Shown here piece by piece: positions 8,619 to 17,820 of a stretch of 64,000 nucleotides of DNA. A program made the translations under genes and the position numbers. The notes under the pieces are model-generated. The model saw only the letters and a program-made list of their open reading frames with translations, had not been told where the DNA came from and did no database searches. Each line of letters starts with the position of its first letter. Positions within the stretch are counted from its first letter, which is position 1. The DNA lies in sequence record SRR20825006_2113; one strand, 5' to 3'.

Positions 8619-9524
8619 TTATTTATATTGATAATTTCCGGGACTTGTTCCTATTCTTTGGGAAAAGGTGGCTGAAAAATGTTGTACTGAAGAAAAACCG
8701 CAAGCGAAAGCAATGTCAGAGAGACTAAAATTGTCCGATTTAATCATTTCGATGGCTTTTTCGATCTTCAAATTAATAATAAAGCTATTTGGTGGGTAAC
8801 CTGTCAATTTTTTTACTTCATAAGTGAACTTAGTTTTACCCATTCCAAACTCAGTAGCCAAATCTTCTATGATCCATTTTTTGTTTAAATCTTGAGTGAC
8901 AACCTGAGTTAGTTTTTCAATAAAATTATCCTCAATAGATATTTGTTGTTCGCGTAAAGATAAATGTCTATGTAGTTCTATAAATAAGTTTTCAATGATG
9001 TTGCCTACCATTGTTTTAAAGCCTTTGTCTTGATTGCTTAACTCTTTTTCGAGTTCCACAAAATATTTTTTAAAAACCTTAGCCTTTTCAATTACAATCA
9101 CATTTTCTGAAGTCATCATTTTACCTAGGCTCTTTTGAAACTTTTTAGAAAGCTTTGTCCATTTTCCCAAGTTTAAAGGATGTGTAGTAGCAAATTCTTC
9201 AGGTTTGATAACAATCCAGTTTATGTGTCCAATATCCATTTTACCCTCTGGACTACCATTCAATTGCCAAGGGGTGGTGACTGATAAATTATCAGGTAGT
9301 AATTCTACTTCCGTATCGTCTACAACCCATTTATACTTACCGCTTTTTACAAAATGAATTTCTATTCCGTCGTTCAAATGAGGACGCATATTTTCATCCA
9401 TTCGAACTTTAGAAAATTTCATACTTCCAAATTGCCTAATATATGGAACACTTTTTAAAGGACCCATATCATCGGGATGCCACCATATTCCTTGATTTCC
9501 AACCTTATTATTTTTTGTCGACAT
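8619..9524 (-). CDS. AraC-family transcriptional regulator, divergent from the PUL
   Basis: N-terminal cupin-like ligand domain (PHLNDGIEIHFVKSG); C-terminal double HTH ending SLSDIAFACGFSSVQHFSATF...GTSP. Confidence 0.92.
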   Translation of the reverse strand: MSTKNNKVGNQGIWWHPDDMGPLKSVPYIRQFGSMKFSKVRMDENMRPHLNDGIEIHFVKSGKYKWVVDDTEVELLPDNLSVTTPWQLNGSPEGKMDIGHINWIVIKPEEFATTHPLNLGKWTKLSKKFQKSLGKMMTSENVIVIEKAKVFKKYFVELEKELSNQDKGFKTMVGNIIENLFIELHRHLSLREQQISIEDNFIEKLTQVVTQDLNKKWIIEDLATEFGMGKTKFTYEVKKLTGYPPNSFIINLKIEKAIEMIKSDNFSLSDIAFACGFSSVQHFSATFSQRIGTSPGNYQYK

Positions 9525-9580
9525 TAATAGTAAACTGAAAATTAAAAATTATTTGAAATTATAATAAAAACGAAAAACCT

Positions 9581-9609
9581 TTTATAAAATTGACCGTTGT
9601 TTAAAAATA
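9581..9609. promoter_or_regulatory. 29-bp element, copy 1, in the araC/PUL divergent intergenic region; putative regulator site
   Basis: TTTATAAAATTGACCGTTGTTTAAAAATA, 26/29 identical to 39000-39028. Confidence 0.65.
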
Positions 9610-9726
9610 TCATTAAATAATTTTCAAAATAATAATCTTGACAAGAATTTAAATGGTCCAGCAGAACTATCTATAAGAGACTAAGAAAACTTGTTAAGTT
9701 GAATTGAAAATTCAAACTTAGTAAAT

Positions 9727-12222
9727 ATGAGTATAACGAATCATCAACAAATTATTTCTATTCTGATTGTTTGTCTAACAATTTGGACTGCTGGTGCTGC
9801 TGAAATTTATGTAGCCCCCACAGGCAATGATAAAAATCGAGGTACAGAAAATGCACCTTTTGCTACAGTGAACAGGGCATTGCGTGAGGCTCGAGAATTA
9901 AGACGACTAAATCAAATTCAGAAAGATGAAGATATACGCATTCTATTAAAAGGGGGGACATACTATTTGAGTGAGCCTATTTTTGTACGTCCTGAAGATT
10001 CTGGTACTGAGACCAGCACTACATCGATTGAGTCGATGAATGAGGAAGCAGTGATTCTCTCCGGTGGAATGCAATTAAATAGTTGGAGACCCACTGAGTC
10101 AATTAGTACTGGCAATAATAATTTAATATGGGAGCTTGATGTGCCCCAAATTGCAGGAAACCTTTTAAAATTTAGACAGTTATGGGTCAATGCAAAAAAG
10201 GCTACACGGGCCAAAAGTACTTCTGGATCTCAGCTTGATCGTATTTTATCATGGGATAAGAATGATGGTACTTGTTGGATTTCGAACGAGGCAGCACCAT
10301 CAGAATTTGAGCCTGGTATGGAATTATTCATACAGCAATGGTGGGCTATAGCTAACCTGAGAATTTCAGGTATGGAAAGAAAACAAGATAGTACAAAATT
10401 AATTTTTGAAATGCCAGAACGGCGTATTCAAAACGAACATCCATGGCCGGCACCTTGGATATCAAAAAAGACCGGTAATTCTCCATTCTACATTACTAAT
10501 GCCAAACAATTTCTAGATGAACCTGGTGAGTGGTATTTCGATAAAAAGCTTTCAAAATTATTTTACCATCCTAGGCCAAGTGAAACACTAAGTGCAAATG
10601 CAGTAATTCCTATTCTTGATAATTTGGTCTTAATGAATGGAACAATAGATAGGCCCATTCATCATCTTCAATTTAAGAATATTTCTTTTCAGCACAGCAA
10701 TTGGACACGTCCTTCTGATTATGGACACGTTCCCCTGCAAGCAGGAATGTTTTTGTTAGATGCATATAAACTTCAAGTTCCAGGAACACCTGATAAGGCA
10801 GGATTGGAAAATCAAGCTTGGATTGGTAGACCTTCTGCTGCAATTGAAGCTAATTTTGTACACAATACATCGTTTATAGGATGTAGTTTTTTGCATCTTT
10901 CTTCAACTGGCCTTGATTACCATAGAGGGGTTAAGGATAACAGAATTCAAGGCAATCTCTTTAAGGATATAGGAGGTAGCGGAATTGTAATAGGTGAATT
11001 TTCAGAACCTGCCGTAGAGACTCACCTTCCTTTTAATCCAAGTGATCCTCGAGAATTATCAAGTGGGAATCTAATTTTAGATAATTTAATTACACAAGTA
11101 AGCACTGAGGACTGGGGAACAGTTGGTATTGCAGCAGGATTTGTGAATGATATTACCATAGCACACAATGAGATTTCAGAGGTTTCCTATACAGGTATCA
11201 GTTTAGGGTGGGGCTGGACTAAAACTAAAAACGCTATGCGAAATAATAAGATATTAGCTAATAAAATTCATCATTATGGTAAACACCTTTACGACGTAGC
11301 TGGTATTTATACCCTTTCCGCACAACCCAATAGTCGTATTGAAGGTAATATGGTTTATGATATCTATCAAAATAACTATGCACACGATCCCTATCATTGG
11401 TTTTATCTCTATACTGATGAAGGTTCTTCTTATATAACAGTAATTAACAATTGGGTACCTGCTCCTAAGTTTTTACAAAATGCCAATGGTCCTGGTAATA
11501 CATGGACTAATAACAATGCATCTTTAAATGAAAGCACCAAGCGAGGTGCCGGTGTAAGAGCACCCTATTCTAGTATGCTTGATCAGATTGTAACGGATAA
11601 AGAATGGCCTTTGAAAGAAGTGCCTAAATATTCGGCAATAGAGCTTATAGGTAAAGATTTAAATACTAAATCAATTAAAGACTTGGTAGCAACTAAAGGG
11701 TTTATTCATCCAGAAGTATACACGTGGAAAAATCGTGTAGTCGTTTATGGCTATCTCAATTATAAGGATGCGTTTATAAAAGAATTACATCAGCTATTTC
11801 CTAAGTCTAAAATTAAAAGCTACGATACTCCATTTTATGAGTATCAAAAGGCTGAGCAATGTATGGATTCAGCTATCGTCGATAGCTGGGATCATATAGT
11901 TTTGACTGCGAATTTGGTTGACGACCCTATAATGCAGCAAGAATATATGGATTATCACGCTACCCAATATCAAAAATGGCCAGAAGTCTCTGAGGGCTTT
12001 TGCAACGCAAACTTTCAACAATTACAAATTTTTAGAAATGGTAGACAACTGCTTCTTTTTATAAGTATTCCTAAAGGATCAGATTTTGAAAAACTCAACC
12101 CTTTAACTGTAAAAAATAATCCCAAAGTTGAGGAGTGGAACAGTTTAATGGCTCGATACCAAACTGGGATCAAGGGTACCAATAAAGGAGAAGTGTGGGT
12201 TGAATTTCAAAAAGTGGAATAA
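9727..12222 (+). CDS. GH141-like beta-helix glycosidase (alpha-L-fucosidase type) fused to a C-terminal L-rhamnose-mutarotase-like domain
   Basis: Signal peptide; IYVAPTGND...PFATV start; beta-helix repeats (YTGISLGWGW, DVAGIYTLS, YLYTDEGSS). The last ~110 aa (QEYMDYH...WPEV...QLQIFRNG...VEEWNSLM) resemble the RhaM/YiiL fold. Confidence 0.75.
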   Translation: MSITNHQQIISILIVCLTIWTAGAAEIYVAPTGNDKNRGTENAPFATVNRALREARELRRLNQIQKDEDIRILLKGGTYYLSEPIFVRPEDSGTETSTTSIESMNEEAVILSGGMQLNSWRPTESISTGNNNLIWELDVPQIAGNLLKFRQLWVNAKKATRAKSTSGSQLDRILSWDKNDGTCWISNEAAPSEFEPGMELFIQQWWAIANLRISGMERKQDSTKLIFEMPERRIQNEHPWPAPWISKKTGNSPFYITNAKQFLDEPGEWYFDKKLSKLFYHPRPSETLSANAVIPILDNLVLMNGTIDRPIHHLQFKNISFQHSNWTRPSDYGHVPLQAGMFLLDAYKLQVPGTPDKAGLENQAWIGRPSAAIEANFVHNTSFIGCSFLHLSSTGLDYHRGVKDNRIQGNLFKDIGGSGIVIGEFSEPAVETHLPFNPSDPRELSSGNLILDNLITQVSTEDWGTVGIAAGFVNDITIAHNEISEVSYTGISLGWGWTKTKNAMRNNKILANKIHHYGKHLYDVAGIYTLSAQPNSRIEGNMVYDIYQNNYAHDPYHWFYLYTDEGSSYITVINNWVPAPKFLQNANGPGNTWTNNNASLNESTKRGAGVRAPYSSMLDQIVTDKEWPLKEVPKYSAIELIGKDLNTKSIKDLVATKGFIHPEVYTWKNRVVVYGYLNYKDAFIKELHQLFPKSKIKSYDTPFYEYQKAEQCMDSAIVDSWDHIVLTANLVDDPIMQQEYMDYHATQYQKWPEVSEGFCNANFQQLQIFRNGRQLLLFISIPKGSDFEKLNPLTVKNNPKVEEWNSLMARYQTGIKGTNKGEVWVEFQKVE

Positions 12223-12250
12223 ATATTTTAACGCTTGAATTATTGTATTA

Positions 12251-14512
12251 ATGAAACAAACCAATCATCAGTTTTACGATTTCCTTGATTTTGATACGAA
12301 CGCAACCGAAAGTTGCGAAGAATCGAGAATATGGATAGCTGGTCAACCTATAGATATAAACTCCTATGGCTTAGGTGTGTCATTAACGATTCCATTTCAT
12401 TGTCAAAAAATGTCAAATGATTTTGAAGCTGATGACAGTATACCACCTAAAAACTATGAGATTTATTTACGCGCTTATGGTGAGCATGTTTTAAGAGTGT
12501 ATAGCAGTTTCGAAGGTATGGTGAATATGGATTCTCAAATGCTGCAATTTCACGAAGACATCGAAGAAATTGGTTTGTTTTATGAGATACAAGAGCATCA
12601 ATGGACCGTTGTAGATATTCACGGTGTAACAAGAGCAATTATAGATTTAGCAGATTGTGCAATCGATTACTGGAGTGATCTTTTGCCACCTCCGCAAAAG
12701 TCCTTTAAGGCTGTTTTTTACCCTGATGGAAAAAAAGGCATAACCTTAAGTAGTCACGATCATTTTTTTCCATCAAGAATAGACGCGATGCCACTTGCAT
12801 TTATATCTAAGAATGGTAATCCAAGTAGTGCTACTTTTTCTATAGAATCTGGGGCTGATGAGAAATTTGTAGGTACAGGAGAGCGCTTTGCTAAGCTTGA
12901 CCTTTCAGGACGCACCTTGCAATTGAAAAATCAGGATGGTCAAGGAGTAAATAATAAAAGGACCTATAAAAATGTGCCTTTCTATCTTTCCAGTAGGTTG
13001 TATGGCTTGTTTTTACATACATCAGCATATTGTAAATTTTCACTAGCCGATTTTTCTACGAGATCTGTTCAAATAATGGCCGAGAAACCAGAAATAGATA
13101 TGTTTCTGATTGGAGGAGATTCACCAGAACAAATCTTAAATGGTTATAAAAAAATTACAGGTTATCCTCAGAAACCACCGTTGTGGAGCTACGGTATTTG
13201 GATGAGTAAGATGACCTACTTTTCTGAACAAGAGGTTATGGAGGTTTGCGAAAAATTGCGGGATCAACAATTTCCATGTGATGTAATTCATTTAGATACT
13301 GGATGGTTTGAAACCGACTGGCTATGCGAATGGAAATTCAATGCTACACGATTTCCAAACCCCAAAAAATTTATTGACAATCTTAACAGACAGGGGTTTC
13401 GGCTAAGCTTATGGCAAATGCCCTATATCTCTGAAAAAGCTATTCAGTATCAAGAGGCTTCTGAAAATCAATTTATTGCAGAAGCTAAGCCAAAATCTGA
13501 CACGAGCAGTTCTAATTTTAGCAATTTAGATTATGCGGGTACAATCGACTTTACATTTCCCAAAGCAGTATTATGGTATAAAAATTTACTAAAAGAATTA
13601 TTTGATTTAGGTGTTAGTGCCATTAAAACAGATTTTGGAGAGGAAATACACTTAGATGCACAATATCATGGTATGCCGGCAAAACTTTTAAATAATATGT
13701 ATGCTTTACTCTATCAAAAGGCAGCATTTGAAATAACAAAGGATGCCACGGGGAATGGGATAATATGGGCACGTGCTGGCTGGGCAGGTTGTCAGCGTTA
13801 TCCTATACATTGGGGAGGTGATGCTGCGGCAAGTTGGGAGGGTATGGCCGGCTCTCTTAAAGGTGGATTACATATAGGACTATCGGGATTTGGATTTTGG
13901 AGCCATGATGTACCAGGGTTTCACGGGGTGCCTGATTTCATGAATTCTATAATACCTGATGATCTCTATGTACGCTGGACCCAATTCGGTGTATTCACAT
14001 CTCATATTCGCTATCACGGAACCTCTAAAAGAGAACCTTATGCATATCCCAATATTGCCCATATCATTAAAAAATGGTGGCGTCTTAGATATGCTTTAAT
14101 ACCCTATATAATTGAAGCTGGGGAGGCTTGTGAAAATTCAGGATTTCCCGTATTGCGGGCGTTATTGTTGCATCATCCTGAAGATCCAATGTGTTGGCAC
14201 ATTGACGATCAATATTATTTTGGTTCTTCATTTTTAGTCGCTCCAATAATGAGTGCGCATGACACTCGAGATATTTACTTCCCAGAAGGGCAATGGGTAA
14301 ATTTTTTCACGGGTGAAATGCTCCAAGGTGGAACTTGGATAAAGAAGTATAAAGCAGGATTGCAGGATATGCCAGTATGGATAAAAGAGGGAACTTCTAT
14401 TCCTTTGTATTTAGAAGAGGTTAGCTGCACTGATGATATGGACTTTATTAAGGTACAATCGTTTAAAATAGATCATAAATTTCAAGGGATTTGGAAACTT
14501 ATGGGGCTATAA
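12251..14512 (+). CDS. GH31 alpha-xylosidase (YicI-like), no signal peptide
   Basis: YKNVPFY, DVIHLDTGW, KTDFGE nucleophile motif, HWGGD acid/base, GFWSHDVPGF; hydrophilic N-terminus. Confidence 0.88.
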   Translation: MKQTNHQFYDFLDFDTNATESCEESRIWIAGQPIDINSYGLGVSLTIPFHCQKMSNDFEADDSIPPKNYEIYLRAYGEHVLRVYSSFEGMVNMDSQMLQFHEDIEEIGLFYEIQEHQWTVVDIHGVTRAIIDLADCAIDYWSDLLPPPQKSFKAVFYPDGKKGITLSSHDHFFPSRIDAMPLAFISKNGNPSSATFSIESGADEKFVGTGERFAKLDLSGRTLQLKNQDGQGVNNKRTYKNVPFYLSSRLYGLFLHTSAYCKFSLADFSTRSVQIMAEKPEIDMFLIGGDSPEQILNGYKKITGYPQKPPLWSYGIWMSKMTYFSEQEVMEVCEKLRDQQFPCDVIHLDTGWFETDWLCEWKFNATRFPNPKKFIDNLNRQGFRLSLWQMPYISEKAIQYQEASENQFIAEAKPKSDTSSSNFSNLDYAGTIDFTFPKAVLWYKNLLKELFDLGVSAIKTDFGEEIHLDAQYHGMPAKLLNNMYALLYQKAAFEITKDATGNGIIWARAGWAGCQRYPIHWGGDAAASWEGMAGSLKGGLHIGLSGFGFWSHDVPGFHGVPDFMNSIIPDDLYVRWTQFGVFTSHIRYHGTSKREPYAYPNIAHIIKKWWRLRYALIPYIIEAGEACENSGFPVLRALLLHHPEDPMCWHIDDQYYFGSSFLVAPIMSAHDTRDIYFPEGQWVNFFTGEMLQGGTWIKKYKAGLQDMPVWIKEGTSIPLYLEEVSCTDDMDFIKVQSFKIDHKFQGIWKLMGL

Positions 14513-14547
14513 ATAATAAAGAAGTGTATTACTAAAAATTAAAAATT

Positions 14548-15306
14548 ATGAAAACAGTTTTATCAGATAGTCAATTAGAACAGTATCAAGAAGAAGGATT
14601 TTGCATCCTCAAAAATGTAATTTCAAATGATTTACTAAATCGATTGCGGTCAGAATGTCAAAGATTCATCAAGGAAAAGGATGATGAGATGGACGCTAAA
14701 GGTGTGGAAGTTGACGAGATCAATCATAAGGGGAAACGCTATTTTATTGCGTTGCGTTACAAGGATAGTGAAACAATGCAGGATCTAATCTTCGGAAAAG
14801 AAATGGAAGAAATAGTACATAAAGTATTGGGAGATGAGGCTTATTTATTTTTAGAACAATTTGTAGTAAAAGCAGCAGATAAGGGTATGACTTTCTCGTG
14901 GCACCAAGACTCGGGTTATCTAGACTTTGATCATAAGCCGTATTTATCTGTATGGCTACCGCTAGATGATGTTTCAGAAGAAAATGGTACAGTTTATATG
15001 TTACCCTATAAAGAGGCCGGAACCCAAAAAAGGATTGACCATGTACTGCAAGAAGGCACCAACGATAAAATAGGATATTTTGGCGATAATCCTGGGGTGC
15101 CGGCTATTTTGAATGCTGGAGATGTTGCCATCTTTTCTAGTACGTGCTTTCATAGAAGTGGATCTAACAAAACCAATAAATCGCGCCGCGTATTATTAAT
15201 TCAATATTCAGCACAACCAATTGTTAAGGAAAATGGTGAGCCGCTTTACTGGGCAGAACCGTTTCTTAAAAATGGAGAAAACTTGAAAGCAGCAAAACTT
15301 TCTTAA
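14548..15306 (+). CDS. Phytanoyl-CoA dioxygenase (PhyH) family Fe(II)/2-oxoglutarate dioxygenase
   Basis: QLEQYQEEGF start, WHQD (HxD), WLPLDD...ENG, distal His in FHRSGSN, 2OG-binding Arg in SRRVL. Confidence 0.88.
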   Translation: MKTVLSDSQLEQYQEEGFCILKNVISNDLLNRLRSECQRFIKEKDDEMDAKGVEVDEINHKGKRYFIALRYKDSETMQDLIFGKEMEEIVHKVLGDEAYLFLEQFVVKAADKGMTFSWHQDSGYLDFDHKPYLSVWLPLDDVSEENGTVYMLPYKEAGTQKRIDHVLQEGTNDKIGYFGDNPGVPAILNAGDVAIFSSTCFHRSGSNKTNKSRRVLLIQYSAQPIVKENGEPLYWAEPFLKNGENLKAAKLS

Positions 15307-15347
15307 CCCATCTTATAGTCTACTTATTAAGATTTAAATAAATACCT

Positions 15348-16931
15348 ATGGAAATATACGAACAGTTATCATCACTTGATTTTGCTGTCGTAGGCTTATA
15401 TCTTATAATTCTTTTAGCCATTGGATTAGGAGTTAGCTTAAAGATCAAAAACACAAAAAATGACAATTTATTTTTAGCAAGCAACTCATTAAAGTGGCCA
15501 AGTATAGGTTTTACTATGTGGGGAACAAATGTTGGGCCATCAATGTTGATAGCCTCAGCAAGCATAGGTTATACTACTGGTATTGTAGCTGGCAATTTTG
15601 CTTGGTATGCGTTTTTATTTATTTTTCTCTTAGCTGTAGTTTTTGCCCCAAGATACCTTGGAGCTAAAGTACAAACCCTTCCCGAATTTATGGGAAAACG
15701 CTTTGGTGCTTCAACACAGAATATTCTGGCTTGGTATACCATTGTTACAATCTTAATAAGTTGGCTTTCCCTAACGCTTTTTGCAGGAGGAATTTTAATT
15801 CAACAAATATTGAATATTCCCATGTGGATCGCAATCGTTTTATTACTGGGTATTTCAGCATTTTTTGCAATGGCAGGAGGTCTTAAAGCAATTGCATTTA
15901 CCAATGTTTTTCAGATGATCCTTTTAATTGTGGTTTCCATAATTCTTACGGTTATTGCTTTTAAAGAGGTAGGTAGTCTGAGCCTTATTCAAGAGAGAAT
16001 CCCATCAGATTACTGGAACCTATTTAGGTCTAGTGATGATGCCGATTATCCTTGGGTGGCTATTGTACTTGGATATCCAGTAATGGGGGTGTGGTTCTGG
16101 TGCACCGATCAGTCTATGGTGCAATCCGTATTGGGAGCTAAAAATATTAAGCAAGGTCAATTAGGAGCTAATTTTACAGGTTGGTTAAAGATTTTAGATG
16201 TGCCTTTATTTATTATTCCAGGGATATTGTGTTTTATACTTTTTCCTGATCTGAATAATCCTGATGAGGCTTACATGACTATGGTTACCCAACTACTACC
16301 CTCTGGATTAAAAGGGCTCGTAATGGCAGTCCTAATCGCAGCACTTATAAGTACCATCGACTCTGCTCTTAATGCTTTAAGCACAGTATTTACAATGGAT
16401 ATTTATGTGAAAAAGTATAAACCAGAAGCCAATCATAAACAAGTAATAAGCATAGGTCGAGTTGTAACTGTATTAGGAGCACTTCTAGCTGTTTTTATTA
16501 CTCTGGCTATCAATAGTATTAAAGGACTTAATTTATTTGACGTATTTCAATCTGTACTTGGTTTTATAGCTCCACCAATGGCTGTTGTATTTCTTTTTGG
16601 AGTATTGTGGTCGGGCACAACAAGGAGGGCCGCAGATGCCATTTTAATTTTTGGTACGGCATTGAGCTTAGGGGTTGGGATTTTATTCTTATGGGTGTTT
16701 CCTAAAGAGGTCTATACCTTTTGGCCACACTTCCTCTTACTTTCATTCTATCTGTTTATAGTACTTGCGATAGGTATAATTGTCTTATCGCTTCTGGACT
16801 CCAGAAGATCTGATACGCTTAATACACTACTCCCAGTAGAAAAAGTGCCAATGCGTTCAAAGGCTAAAGTACTATGGGGAGCGCTCTTTGTAGTAATGAT
16901 CAGCCTGTATATAATTTTTAATGGACATTAG
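15348..16931 (+). CDS. Sodium:solute symporter (SSS/SLC5, sugar type)
   Basis: Many TM helices; TLPEFMGKRFG, GGLKAIAFT, WFWCTDQSMVQSVL, STIDSALN motifs. Confidence 0.92.
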   Translation: MEIYEQLSSLDFAVVGLYLIILLAIGLGVSLKIKNTKNDNLFLASNSLKWPSIGFTMWGTNVGPSMLIASASIGYTTGIVAGNFAWYAFLFIFLLAVVFAPRYLGAKVQTLPEFMGKRFGASTQNILAWYTIVTILISWLSLTLFAGGILIQQILNIPMWIAIVLLLGISAFFAMAGGLKAIAFTNVFQMILLIVVSIILTVIAFKEVGSLSLIQERIPSDYWNLFRSSDDADYPWVAIVLGYPVMGVWFWCTDQSMVQSVLGAKNIKQGQLGANFTGWLKILDVPLFIIPGILCFILFPDLNNPDEAYMTMVTQLLPSGLKGLVMAVLIAALISTIDSALNALSTVFTMDIYVKKYKPEANHKQVISIGRVVTVLGALLAVFITLAINSIKGLNLFDVFQSVLGFIAPPMAVVFLFGVLWSGTTRRAADAILIFGTALSLGVGILFLWVFPKEVYTFWPHFLLLSFYLFIVLAIGIIVLSLLDSRRSDTLNTLLPVEKVPMRSKAKVLWGALFVVMISLYIIFNGH

Positions 16932-17820
16932 GATGAAAAATAACTTCAATACAAATGATGGAACTTCTAATAAACCTTATCTACGTGTAGATATCAATTA
17001 CAATACGTGCTCAGACCTGCCTTCCTTTTCTAAAGGGCCAAAGGGAGATGATTTACTGAAACATAAGGCGATTGCACAAGCGGGGTTTGGAGGCATTCAA
17101 GATGGTATTCCGCAATTATGTCAAGATCTTAATCTTAATCTGACAGCCCACGCTAGGGTAAATCAAATAGGAGATTTGAAAGACCTCTTACCGGTATGGA
17201 AATCTAATAATTACAATTGTGCTACGGTACATTTAGGCTGGGGTATAGAGTCCGATTACCAATGTAACGCTTTGGTTGATTATATTTTAAATACTTCTGT
17301 CAATTATGACTTTCCTATTTACATAGAGACACACCGAGCTACTGTTACTCAAGATATGTTTAGAACGGTAGCACTAATAGAACGTTTTCCTGAAATCCGC
17401 TTCAATGCTGATTTCTCACACTGGTATACTGGTCAAGAAATGGTTTATGGAGGTATTGAAATGAAATGGAAATTTTTAGAACCACTCTTTGATCGCGTTC
17501 GATTTTTACACGGTCGGATTGGGAATCCTGGATGTATACAGGTTGCAATTAAAAATCGTGGTCAAGCAGAATTTATTGAACATTTCAAAGAAATGTGGAT
17601 ACGATCATTTTTAGGTTTTTTAAAATCAGCCAAGCCTGGGGATTACATTGTATTTACAGTAGAATTACTTAGTTCTCAAATTTATTATGCTCAAACCTTA
17701 ATGGATGCTAAAGGTAACCTGATCGAAGATGGAGACCGCTGGGAAGAGGCCTTGCATTACAAATCTATAGCGGAATCTTGCTGGGAAGAGGCACAAAATC
17801 GTTTTAATGTTTTACAGTAA
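16921..17820 (+). CDS. Xylose-isomerase-like TIM-barrel protein (sugar isomerase/epimerase family), cytoplasmic; alternative start 16933
   Basis: Metal-ligand pattern ETHR...NADFSHW...FLHGRIG...TVE; no signal peptide. Confidence 0.65.
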   Translation: MDIRMKNNFNTNDGTSNKPYLRVDINYNTCSDLPSFSKGPKGDDLLKHKAIAQAGFGGIQDGIPQLCQDLNLNLTAHARVNQIGDLKDLLPVWKSNNYNCATVHLGWGIESDYQCNALVDYILNTSVNYDFPIYIETHRATVTQDMFRTVALIERFPEIRFNADFSHWYTGQEMVYGGIEMKWKFLEPLFDRVRFLHGRIGNPGCIQVAIKNRGQAEFIEHFKEMWIRSFLGFLKSAKPGDYIVFTVELLSSQIYYAQTLMDAKGNLIEDGDRWEEALHYKSIAESCWEEAQNRFNVLQ

